A stretch of DNA of 63,197 nucleotides, the filler included, from Octopus bimaculoides (Eukaryota): the NCBI RefSeq assembly GCF_001194135.2. It is 7 parts of 7 records of this genome, joined end to end, with 100 filler letters (N's around TTAATTAATTAA, not from the genome) between each part and the next. Parts side by side here need not be neighbours in the genome. Positions count along the whole stretch, not along the records: positions 13,628 to 17,850 come from NC_068992.1; positions 17,951 to 25,735 come from NC_069007.1; 5 more parts are not named here. The stretch is one strand, 5' to 3'. Shown here piece by piece: positions 13,628-24,758 of the stretch; the stretch's first letter is position 1; each line of letters starts with the position of its first letter. The notes below the pieces were generated by a model, which searched no databases, was not told where the DNA came from, and saw nothing but the letters and a program-made list of their open reading frames with translations. The position numbers were made by a program, and so were the translations under genes.

Positions 13628-14280
13628 CTGTTCTTTGTTGTCGCGGCATAAAAGCAAACCATTTTTGCATCGTATTGTTACATGTGATAGAGAGAAAGTG
13701 CCAAAACTCAATCCAAAAAAGAATATTCACCAAAGAAAGCTAATGGTGTCTGTTTGGTGGTCCAGCACTGGTATCATCTACTACAGCTTCATGAGACCTG
13801 GTAAGTCAATTACAGCAGAGGCATACATCAACCAGTTGGATGAAATGATGAGTGAACTTGTAATTAAACAACCAGGATTGGTCAATAGAGATAAACCAAT
13901 TCTCTTGCAAGACAATGCTTGACCACATGTTGCACAAAGAACACTACTCAAATTACAGGAATTGAACTTAGAAGTACTCTGTCATCCACCATATTTACCA
14001 GACATTACACCAACTGACTATCACATTTTCCAGGCATTAGACAACTTTTTGCAAGGCAAAAACTTCAAATCTGAAGAAGATACAAAAACAGCCTTTCGTG
14101 ATTTCATCACCTCTTGCTCTCCAGAATTCTTCGTTGCCGGCATAAAGAAGCTACCAATAAAATGGCAAAACTGTGTTGATAATTTAGGTGCATACTTTGA
14201 TTAACTGCATTGGTCTTTGTTGAGATAAAGTAAAATAAACTTTCAGTTCAAAATTGGACATTTCATTCTTAATGACCTGA
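13628..14280 (+). pseudogene. Mariner (D,D34D) transposase 3' half with right TIR
   Basis: FLHRIVTCD, KLMVSVWWSSTGII, ILLQDNA*PH, LCHPPYLPDITPTDYHIF, KLPIKWQNCVDNLGAYFD*; ends in ATGACCTGA, the reverse complement of the TIR start TCAGGTCAT at 59974. Contains an internal deletion and a stop. Confidence 0.92.
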
Positions 14281-14292
14281 TGATGCTGATGC

Positions 14293-14326
<34 letters not shown>

Positions 14327-14332
14327 AACAAC

Positions 14333-14371
<39 letters not shown>

Positions 14372-14885
14372 CAAGTAAATATAGCAAGCCAAGCTGAAGC
14401 AGGTTTTGTTAGCACTAATTACCATAAACATCTCTAATAAGTCAACACCATCTACTCCAATCAAAGTGCTGTCTGTGACAAGCACTCTTGACCTGATAAG
14501 GCAGCCTCTATGCTGTTACTTAATCTGCAAGAAATAGCAGCCAACTTCCCTCAAATTCTGTGCCTCACTTTGTCTTTTAAAAGAAAGGACACACTAGACA
14601 AGGTTGTCTTAACTCTTTAGCATTTAAACCAGACATATCTGGCCTAAATATTCTAGCAATTTTATGTTCAGACTGACCATATTTGACCTCTTACACTTAC
14701 CTACAATGTCATTCTAAAAATGTACCATCCAAGTCTACATTGCCTACATTCACCTCAAGTCTGACTCCCAACATTTTTCAACCATTTTACCCTAGGGACA
14801 CTTTTCAATTACAGTCCATGTCTGAAGGAAGCCCTATATTGAAATAATCTATTTTCATTAATAATTCTCTTTCTCTTTCATAAAG

Positions 14886-14913
14886 ATGGATTCCAAAAGA
14901 GACAGAGCAAATC
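14886..14913 (+). other. Candidate 28-nt exon (ATGGATTCC...GCAAATC)
   Basis: Pyrimidine tract TTCTCTTTCTCTTTCATAAAG upstream and GTAAGA donor downstream; all three frames open (MDSKRDRAN / WIPKETEQI / GFQKRQSKS). Confidence 0.4.
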
Positions 14914-14987
14914 GTAAGAACTGTCTTTCTGCTAACAAAAGAGATATTTTACACAAACACTGAAATTATATAAACAGTTTAATTGCC

Positions 14988-15333
14988 GTAAAGATTATTT
15001 GCCAACATAACATGGCAGTTCTGGTTTAGGACAAATGTTGATGTAATTTAGCCCCAGGAGACATTGTCTCCAGCTGGCTATACAACATATTCTGTTCCCT
15101 TACATTTTCGAACAAGGGAATCTAGCAGCCCCACTCAGCTCAAAATAACCCAGAAATCATGATACACAGATACTGTTTTGAGCTGAGTGGGGGTGCTAGA
15201 TTCCCTTGATCGAAAGCATAAGGACACAGATCGTATTGTATAGCCAACTGGAGGCAATGTCTCCTGGGGCTAAATTACAGCAACATTCGTCCTAAACCAG
15301 GATTGCAATGTTATATTGGCAAACAATCTTTAC
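14988..15333. mobile_element. Foldback/palindromic MITE-like element (about 160-bp arms, about 26-nt loop)
   Basis: 14988-15147 is the reverse complement of 15174-15333 with scattered mismatches, e.g. GCCCCAGGAGACATTGTCTCCAG vs CTGGAGGCAATGTCTCCTGGGGC. Confidence 0.9.
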
Positions 15334-15771
15334 TACAAAGTACTGTTGCTGAATATCTTACATTGTGAGATTTAAAAATAGTAATTTTCTAGTTTAATTG
15401 CCCTCAAAAAAATTCCACCCAATTTTCTCTGCTGATTGCCTTCTTAGATGGTAAGAGTGGATTCACATCAAAGAGTAATGACCTACTGGACTGCTATCCA
15501 GGTAATATATTGTCTGTAGATGAAGAGAAAGCAAAATGAACATTGCATATCAATATTCGAGTTCTACTGTACCACAGGGAACCTCACAGCAAAGACTCCT
15601 TCCCCCAGGCATCTCAGAATATCAGACTGCCCACTATTCTTGCAAGGCTTGTGGAAGTAGGGTCCACAAGCATCTCCTTCATAGGGTCCAGTCAGAAGCA
15701 ACCATTATCAGGCTTTTCAGCTGGATTGCCAAGCATGACCAACTGAGACCATGGGTTATTATCCAAGATTA

Positions 15772-16354
15772 CAGGTAAATTCACTGCCATCAATTCACTG
15801 TGAAGAAAGTTTACTGACAAAATATCATCATCATCATTTAACGTCCATTGTCCATGCTGGCATGGGTCAGATGGTCTGACCAGGGCTGGCAAGCTGGGAA
15901 GCTGCACTAGACTCCAGTCTGATTTGGCATGGTTTTCTACAGCTGGCTGCCCTTCTGAATGCCAACCACTCTGCGAGTGTAATGGGTGCTCTAATGTGCC
16001 ACTGGCACGGGTGCCATATGAGTGAGACCGGTATCTGCCATGACTGCAATTTTACTTGGCTTGATGGGTTTTCTTCTCAAGCATGACATAATGCCAAAGG
16101 TGTCGGTCATTGCCTCCGTGAGGCCCAACACTTGAAAGGAGCTTTCACGTGCCACCAGCATCACCCACTTTGCCTCCGTGAGGCCCAATGCCTGAAAAGT
16201 GCTTTTTACATGCCACTGGCACAGGTGCCATTTGCATGACACCAGTATCAGCCATTTCACCATTAATAGTTAAAAACTATTTTATTTGAAAAAAACAGTG
16301 AACTGATGATGGTGGACTTTCCCTGCAGCGAATTGATGACAGTAAACTTACTGG
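15772..16354. mobile_element. TIR MITE (family F) interrupted by a nested retroelement
   Basis: Ends TTCACTGCCATCAATTCAC / GCGAATTGATGACAGTAAACTTAC; an uninterrupted copy lies at 43833-44012. Confidence 0.7.
15826..16258 (-). mobile_element. Family G retroposon with RTE-like 3' tail ending in (GAT)n
   Basis: CATCATCATCATTTAACGTCC..CCATGCTGGCATGGG..TTTCTACAGCTGG.TGCCCTT; matches 49430-49688 (+). Confidence 0.75.
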
Positions 16355-16910
16355 ACATGATAATCCAACCATCTTGCTCATGGTCTACCTTGAGTTCTTT
16401 TGTTGGGTGGCTCAGCTTGAAGAATCTGTCTTGTGATTCTTTCTTGCAACATTCTAATTGAATGAATCATATGTTCTAACTATTAAAATGGTGGGGTGGG
16501 ATGAGGGCTGCCTAAATCTTAATCCAGGTTGTCCTAATTAAGACATGATCCAACAATGAAGACCTACATAGATCTGAAAATGCTGAAAGATCTTGCATCT
16601 GTACAGTTTAAACATACAAAAAAAAGTTTAGGAAGAGAAAAAAAAAAAAAAAAGAACAGATCTTTCCAATAAGAGTGAAACAGACCAAATATGTAAAAAT
16701 CAAAATCAAAAACAAATGTAGATAAATAAAAGAAAATCCAAGAAGAAAAGCTGGAGAGAAGCTATGTTTAAATACATCATAAATGACTGAAGGGAGTCTG
16801 TGAACAATGAGACAGAACAATTTGAAGATGAAAGATGCTTCTTTCAGTTTCTATCCACCAAACCCACTCAGATAGACATAAATGTATGTGTATATATATA
16901 TGTGTGTATA

Positions 16911-17454
16911 TGAGGTCTGATCAAAAAGTAACAGGACTGGGACTACAAAAAGAAAACTACAACATCTAATCCCCTTCAAAATTGTCCCCTTTTGAAATCA
17001 CACGCTTTCTCCAGTGTCGTTTCCATTGATGGAAGCATTCCTGGAACTCCCTTTTCGGGGCTAGTCGATAGCAACCTCATTGCATTCTCTCGGATTTCCT
17101 CAACATCTTGAGGAAATCTTGTAGGCGTCATCCACTGTGAAGACTGAGCCTTGGTTTTGGCATCATAGCCATAGAACCATGATTCATTACTTGTTATGAC
17201 CATCTTCAAAATGTTTTCATTTTCCCTAACCAAGGAGACCCTGCACAGCCAAAACCTGACCTTCTTTTCGAGATGACCACACTATACACACTTCACTTCC
17301 AATCACTGCTACAAACAACGGAAGTGAGCGAGAATGTTATCACAGTGTGCATGTGTGACAGAGTTCAAGGTCGGTTTGTGCCAAGCAGTTTCATTCTGCA
17401 TATTCTAGCTACGTTACTATAGTAGCAGTTCTGATACTTTTTAATCAGACCTCA
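16911..17454 (-). mobile_element. Internally deleted mariner element with both TIRs and TA target duplication
   Basis: TA|TGAGGTCTGATCAAAAAGTA ... TACTTTTTAATCAGACCTCA|TA; remnant ORF VITSNESWFYGYDAKTKAQSSQW fused to the C-terminal ..HQWKRHWRKRVISKGDNFEG region. Confidence 0.9.
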
Positions 17455-17950
17455 TATGTATGTATGTATATATGTATGTGTGTGTGTGTGTGTATGAGTG
17501 TATATATATATATATATATATATAATAACATAAATGATATATAATTATATGCATATATCCATACATATATGTACATACCGACATCTATATGTATACATAC
17601 AATCATATATGGGTACAGGACATCACAAAAAACATTAAACGCAATGAGAAATGAAAACATAAAGACGAAGACAGAAAACGAACTTTTTTCGCGAACAACG
17701 AAAAAAGACAAATAGAGAAACGAGACGTGCAACATAAAGAATATTACCCTTCTTCAGTTGTCCCTGCTCCATCTACTCCGCGTTTCGAAGGCAAGCACAA
17801 TACGCGACTTCGTTGGAACAGTCCTTCCCGCAAAAACAAATTAATTAAAANNNNNNNNNNNNNNNNNNNNNNNNNNNNNNNNNNNNNNNNNNNNTTAATT
17901 AATTAANNNNNNNNNNNNNNNNNNNNNNNNNNNNNNNNNNNNNNNNNNNN

Positions 17951-18046
17951 GGTGATGATGGTGATGGTGGTGGTGATGTACCACTATTACAGCTTTTTGT
18001 GGACGTAATGCTTCTGAAAATGGTTTTGGTGCTGGAGGTGGTGTGG

Positions 18047-18081
<35 letters not shown>

Positions 18082-18517
18082 GCGGTGGTGGAGGTGATGA
18101 TTGATGGTGTTGAAGAGGGCAGAAGTGACGAATAAGGTCGGTGAAGGAGGGAGAAGAGGAAAGGGGGGGGGAAGAAAGGAGAACGAATGAACGATCGAAA
18201 GAAGGAGAGACGAAAACAAGGAAAAAGAAATAGGGGAGAAAGAGGGAAAAGAGAAAGAAATTGAAGGAGGCTGACTAAAAATCTAGAAAACGAATGAAGG
18301 GGATTAAGAGGGGGGAGGTGAAGGGGATGGATAGTGGAAGATGTAGAAAACAGAAGAGGAAGGAGAAAAAGAGAAAGGAGGGGGAGGATGAAGGGGAGGA
18401 GGTGGTGAAGAAAATGAAGAAGAGGAGGAGTAGAAGAAAAAGAGGTGGTGGTGGAGAGAAGACGAAGAAGAGGAAAGAAAAGGAGGAGGAGGAGGAGGAG
18501 AATGATGATGATAATAA

Positions 18518-18548
<31 letters not shown>

Positions 18549-19190
18549 AAGGACGACGAGGATGAGACAGAAAAGGACGGAGGTGGAAAAAGAAAATGAG
18601 TAGAAGAAAAATGAAAACGAGAATGAAAGAAAGATGAACAATGAAGAACAAAAATGATGAGGAGGAGGCGGAGGAAGAATAGAAGGATATACGTAAAAGG
18701 GAGTAAGAGGGGGAAGCCTAAAAAGAAGGAAAACAAGAAGGGGCTGAAAAAGAAAAGCCCCGAAAGATTAGAAGTAAAAAAAGAATTTCTAAACTAAGCC
18801 TAAAACCTGAAAAAATGTAAGAAATTGAAATGTGGATGGAGGGAATGAAAAAGGGGGTAGCGGTGGGAGGAGAGGAAATAGAGAGAAAGTCAGATTGTAG
18901 TAATGGTGACGGCGGTGGTAGCGGTGGTGGAGGCGAAGAGAGAAAGGAGGGACAGGGGGCGCTGGTAGTAAAGTGAAATGGAAAAAAAAGCAAGAAAGAA
19001 AAACCAAACAATAACAATGAAAAAACCTCATTTCAATGGCGGCTGAACGGTTTTAGCTGTTCAGGAAGGGATGGCTGGTAGGAGGAAGGGCGGGAGGAAG
19101 GACTAAGAGAGGGAGGCGTAGGAAGGGGAGTAAAACGTTGTTGCTGGTGGTGGTGGTGGTGGTGGACTTGAAGACTTAGTTCGTCTCCTT
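17951..19190. repeat. Purine-rich low-complexity tract: (GAT)n, (GGT)n, (GAG)n, (GAA)n
   Basis: Directly visible triplet runs; generates the poly-L/S/I/H/K ORFs in the track. Confidence 0.9.
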
Positions 19191-19439
19191 ATTTTCTCTC
19201 TTTTTCTCTGTTTTTGTCTCTTTCCCCACTCTCTTTCTGTCTCTCTCTTTCTCTCAGTCTATTTGTCTGTCTGTCTCTCTGTCTATTTGTATCTCCCTCT
19301 TTCGAGCCTGTTTATTTCCATTTTTCTCTTCTTCTTTTTCTGAAATCCCTTTCTAGAAACCCTTAATCCTCGACCAGGCCCTTCCGTTACAGGCCGACCT
19401 GATATACATACATACACACATACATACATACATACACAC

Positions 19440-19715
19440 ATCTGTTATATATATATGCTATATACATGTGCGTATATATGTATGTAGAGAGGGAGTAAGT
19501 GAGAGAGAAAGACAGATAAAGATAGACAGAGTATACGCATACAAATTTGCGTATAGATACATACATATAAATACATATACATACATCTGTTATATATATA
19601 TGCTATATACATGTGCGTATATATGTATGTAGAGAGGGAGTAAGTGAGAGAGAAAGACAGATAAAGATAGACAGAGTATACGCATACAAATTTGCGTATA
19701 GATACATACATATAA
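19440..19715. repeat. About 141-bp perfect tandem duplication abutting an N gap
   Basis: CATCTGTTATATATATATGCTATATAC...GATACATACATATAA occurs twice back to back. Confidence 0.9.
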
Positions 19716-20364
19716 NNNNNNNNNNNNNNNNNNNNNNNNNNNNNNNNNNNNNNNNNNNNNNNNNNNNNNNNNNNNNNNNNNNNNNNNNNNNNNNNNNNNN
19801 NNNNNNNNNNNNNNNNNNNNNNNNNNNNNNNNNNNNNNNNNNNNNNNNNNNNNNNNNNNNNNNNNNNNNNNNNNNNNNNNNNNNNNNNNNNNNNNNNNNN
19901 NNNNNNNNNNNNNNNNNNNNNNNNNNNNNNNNNNNNNNNNNNNNNNNNNNNNNNNNNNNNNNNNNNNNNNNNNNNNNNNNNNNNNNNNNNNNNNNNNNNN
20001 NNNNNNNNNNNNNNNNNNNNNNNNNNNNNNNNNNNNNNNNNNNNNNNNNNNNNNNNNNNNNNNNNNNNNNNNNNNNNNNNNNNNNNNNNNNNNNNNNNNN
20101 NNNNNNNNNNNNNNNNNNNNNNNNNNNNNNNNNNNNNNNNNNNNNNNNNNNNNNNNNNNNNNNNNNNNNNNNNNNNNNNNNNNNNNNNNNNNNNNNNNNN
20201 NNNNNNNNNNNNNNNNNNNNNNNNNNNNNNNNNNNNNNNNNNNNNNNNNNNNNNNNNNNNNNNNNNNNNNNNNNNNNNNNNNNNNNNNNNNNNNNNNNNN
20301 NNNNNNNNNNNNNNNNNNNNNNNNNNNNNNNNNNNNNNNNNNNNNNNNNNNNNNNNNNNNNNNN

Positions 20365-20451
<87 letters not shown>

Positions 20452-20880
20452 ACATACATACATATTCATATGTACACACATACATATGCACAGACAGACG
20501 TGATTACAAGAGGGGTGCGTTGGGTGGGGACTGATAAAGAGTAGGATTATTCTATTTGTGAGGGTTCGCATTTGAATGCCGAGAGTTGGGACTTATACAG
20601 AAAAAAAAAATTTAAATACTACATAGGGGCTTAAAATATACGGACCGTTGTATATGTATAGATGTATGTATCTGTGTGTGTGAGTGAGTGTATGTGTGTG
20701 TGTGTCAAAGTATATACATATACGTAAACTCATACGTGTGTGTATGTGTGTTGTGTGTAAGTGTATGCAATGTGTACGACTGTTTATATAATGCATGTGT
20801 GGGCGTGTGTGGTGTGTATGGTTCGCCTGTATATATTACAATATGTTTTTCTTAAATCCAGACAGCTATGTATATACAAC

Positions 20881-20920
<40 letters not shown>

Positions 20921-21086
20921 AATAGATAGATAGATATAGCCATACATACACAAATGCATAAATGCATGTACCCATATATAAACATATTAACACATATACG
21001 GACACATACATACGCATATGCATTTAAGCGTTTTCTTCATAACTTTCATATAATATTTCAAAAATATATCTAAGCAAGATAAAAAC

Positions 21087-22105
21087 GGGTTCGGGTTACC
21101 GCCTGAATGATCGTTAACATGAAACTTGGGCTGCTGGAATTATGAACCCTTTCAGTTTCAATGTCTTAAAGAATCCTCCACTTGATATGGAAACCTCGTT
21201 AAACTCCTGTGCTCATATAATGTATTGTATAAAATGGCATTCATTTATAAACTCTTTATTGTATGAGATGTTGGGGTGTAATATTTTGAATATTTTATTA
21301 CGTACGCTTCTATAATCTTTTTTAGATCACGTCGTCAGATGGAATAAATCGAAATATGAAATTTGTTTCAAATTTTGACACATGGTCAACAAATTCGATG
21401 GAAGGGGCAAGTCAGTTACATCGACTCGAGTACTCAATTGGTACTTATTTTATCGACCCCGAAAGTCTGAAAGACAAAGTCGACCTCGGCGGAATATGAA
21501 CTCAGAACGTACTAACGGACGAAGTGTTGCTAAGCATTTTGCCACACGTGCTAACGATTCTACCAGCTCGAAATATAAAACGGATTGAAAATACTGCTCT
21601 TATATAACATGAAACTGAATTTGCAATCATCAGTTCTCGCCTGAAGATCGCAGTGGTAAAATATTTTATATGGGTTCTGGGGACACAAGCTGAATGGTTT
21701 GAAACATGAAACTTGAAATTAGACTGAAATTTTGAACCTTTCAGTTATAGTATATCAAAGAGGGTTTAGTCCGCTTTAGACACCCAATAAACTCCCGTAC
21801 ACGTATAATGTATTTTATAAAATGACATACACAGGGATTCGGGTAATGGGGTAAAAAGAGCCACAGATTGTTGAAATAAAGACACAAAACAGTTTAATGA
21901 TATTTCGAACATTTCATCACGTTTTTCTTCAATATTCCTTTATAGATCAACTCATCAGATGAAATAAATTGAAATGTAAAACTGATTGAAAATATTGCCC
22001 TTATATGGCATAAAACTGAATTTATAACTTGCAACACGAGTTTCACGCCACTGCAATCATCAGTTTTCGTTTGAAGATTGCAGTGGTACAAAACTTTATA
22101 TGAAT
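21087..22105. repeat. Old diverged tandem duplication (about 365/435-bp units); copy 1 interrupted by a SINE
   Basis: Shared collinear motifs GGGTTC..CATGAAACTTG, TATAATGTATT.TATAAAATG.CAT, AGATCA..C.TCAGATG.AATAAAT.GAAAT, GCAATCATCAGTT.TCG..TGAAGAT.GCAGTGGTA in both units. Confidence 0.75.
21362..21567 (-). mobile_element. Family A SINE with 13-bp target-site duplication
   Basis: Flanked by TCGAAATATGAAA (21349) and TCGAAATATAAAA (21568). Confidence 0.85.
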
Positions 22106-22208
22106 AGAGGAAGCAAAAGAGATGGTCTGTTGAATCTTTCCGTAAATCAATCTAATACATTTCTTATGCACTTCCTCATGTTGTCCATTTTTATTCGTTT
22201 GTTTGAGC

Positions 22209-22249
<41 letters not shown>

Positions 22250-22806
22250 TGTGTGTACAAAAACATGTGTAACTGCTACCGTAAGGCGTAGAGCTCCACG
22301 TTGCTTACCACAGTCCAAGTCTGCTTCCGTTATAGTGGTTGAGCAACTGCTATGCTAAGTAGAATTATTAGTTACGGTATACAAAACAAATGTACGAGAA
22401 ATTACGATAGACACTGGTTGTATTAATAGTACCTACATACGTTTCAGCATTATGGCTGCCTTGAACTCTGCACTGCACGTTGAGAACTAACTGAACATTA
22501 GTTCTCTGTAGATTAATGCAATAAAATGTCTTCTGATGATTCGTTCTAGTTAAGCATCCAATGCAGTGTTCCAAGCAACCACAATGGTGAAACATACGTA
22601 GGATCTACTAATATAAATTTGCGTTCATCGTAGATATGTGTACGTAAAGTTGATCTCGGTGGGAATATTATTCAGAACGTAAGGAGCCAGAAGAAATACC
22701 GCCAGGCATTTTATCCGGCGTTCTAACGTTCCAGTGGTTCTTCCAAGCCATTGCTTTCACTACCCTAATAATAATATACATAAATACACATAATAAATAT
22801 ATATGC

Positions 22807-22837
<31 letters not shown>

Positions 22838-23415
22838 NNNNNNNNNNNNNNNNNNNNNNNNNNNNNNNNNNNNNNNNNNNNNNNNNNNNNNNNNNNNNNN
22901 NNNNNNNNNNNNNNNNNNNNNNNNNNNNNNNNNNNNNNNNNNNNNNNNNNNNNNNNNNNNNNNNNNNNNNNNNNNNNNNNNNNNNNNNNNNNNNNNNNNN
23001 NNNNNNNNNNNNNNNNNNNNNNNNNNNNNNNNNNNNNNNNNNNNNNNNNNNNNNNNNNNNNNNNNNNNNNNNNNNNNNNNNNNNNNNNNNNNNNNNNNNN
23101 NNNNNNNNNNNNNNNNNNNNNNNNNNNNNNNNNNNNNNNNNNNNNNNNNNNNNNNNNNNNNNNNNNNNNNNNNNNNNNNNNNNNNNNNNNNNNNNNNNNN
23201 NNNNNNNNNNNNNNNNNNNNNNNNNNNNNNNNNNNNNNNNNNNNNNNNNNNNNNNNNNNNNNNNNNNNNNNNNNNNNNNNNNNNNNNNNNNNNNNNNNNN
23301 NNNNNNNNNATATACATACATACATACATTCATACATACGCATATACATACATTCATACATACATATATGTGAGTATGTATGAATGTATGTATATGCGTA
23401 TGTATGAATGTATGC

Positions 23416-23459
<44 letters not shown>

Positions 23460-23976
23460 GTCACACATATATGCATGTATTATGTATATATGTATGTGTG
23501 TATGTATGTATATACGTATGTATGTATGTATGTATGTAAGTGTTTATGTGCGTATATAAATGCCTACATACATACAAAAACACACACACATACACAATTT
23601 CAGTTTCCCACTTATATTACAGTAAATAAATCTTCAAAAATCCTCTGAAGTTAATTAAAACAGAAAGCCTTAATTAAAAAACAAGGTATCAATTTTCACT
23701 TCAGACCATTAAATGGTTCCACTGTATTGCGCTGTACTTCGTTCTACAGCGCGCACTTGTGAGCAGAGAAGGTCTCATTGTACTATGCTCCTAAATGTTT
23801 GACCTGAGTCTTTCTTAAGAATCCACCAAAATAATCGGAAACTGGTTCTCTTGGAAAAGATGAAACCATTTCTTAAAGAACCTTAAACAAGACTTTGATA
23901 GAATCCTTCAGATAGGCAACACCAGGTTTTCTTTTCCTTTTCTTTTTTCTTTTTATTTTTGCTTTTTGCGATCATA

Positions 23977-24142
23977 AGCGTAGGAGTGGCTGTGTGGTAA
24001 GTAGCTTGCTTACCAACCACATGGTTCCGGGTTCAGTCCCACTGCGTGGCACCTTGGGCAAGTGTCTTCTACTATAACCTCGAGCCGACCAAAGCCTTGT
24101 GAGTGGATTTGGTAGACAGAAATTAAAAGAGGCCATCGTGTG
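23977..24142 (+). mobile_element. Family B SINE (tRNA head + CORE-like segment), young copy
   Basis: GGAGTGGCTGTGTGGTAAG..GGGTTCAGTCCCACTGCGTGGCACCTTGGGCAAGTGTCTTCTACTATA..GGATTTGGTAGAC followed by (CA)n. Confidence 0.9.
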
Positions 24143-24317
24143 TACACACACACACACACACATACACACACACACACATACACACACACACACATGAGTG
24201 AGCTCAGAATAAACTCCTTTTTCTAACCACAGACACTTTTTTACAACAGATCGTCATGCCATTTGTATAAAGCATGTAAAAGGGTTAACAATTTATCAAC
24301 TTCTAATAACTATATAG

Positions 24318-24758
24318 TTTCCTTAAAGAAATATCCACACCAGGGCATTAGAATAGCTCTATACTGTAGCAAATAGTCTTCGCACAGTCTGCTTGGCTTG
24401 GAGGACTGGTTTGGCTAGGCTAAGCATAAGCGTAGTATGTTTGCTGTGAAAAAAAAGATTTTCACAACTTCATGGTCCACTAAAAAGGAAAAAAAAAAAA
24501 AGAAAAAGAAAAAATTCTGGATTCCATACCTCGTCACAGTTTTCCCAGGACCCATTATAATTTTCCAGATAAATTTATACTCCACAGGCGGTTGGAAAAA
24601 AAATACATAATTGTATACTTTCCTTAAAGAAATATCCACACCAGGGCATTAGAATAGTTCTATTCTGTAGCAGTCTTTGCAGTCTGCTTGGCTGGAAGGA
24701 TTTGGCTAAGCTGAGTAATGGTGGAATATGTTCGCTGTGAGGAAAAGATTTTAACATT
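24318..24758. repeat. Diverged tandem repeat, period 301 bp (second unit cut by a gap)
   Basis: TTTCCTTAAAGAAATATCCACACCAGGGCATTAGAATAG at 24318 and 24619, followed by collinear but diverged sequence. Confidence 0.85.

Noticed and set aside
15536-15778. Overlapping 80-aa and 67-aa ORFs with a CKACG motif ending at a GTAAAT donor-like site
   Set aside because: No recognisable domain, no in-frame acceptor (a stop lies just upstream), and the 'donor' is the start of a MITE TIR.
17744-17800. Type II hammerhead-like motif on the minus strand (CCTTCGAAAC..GTA..CTGAAGAAGG); related repeat at 50127-50345
   Set aside because: Stem I cannot form and the second copy lacks the core; treated as a repeat remnant.
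21890-21975. Possible C/D-box snoRNA on the minus strand (two TGATGA motifs)
   Set aside because: No terminal CTGA D box or terminal stem, and the boxes are not preserved in the paralogous unit.
22368-22595. ORF with ETYVGT resembling a Penelope GIY-YIG 'YIG' motif
   Set aside because: Only a short motif-level resemblance; the rest does not align convincingly.
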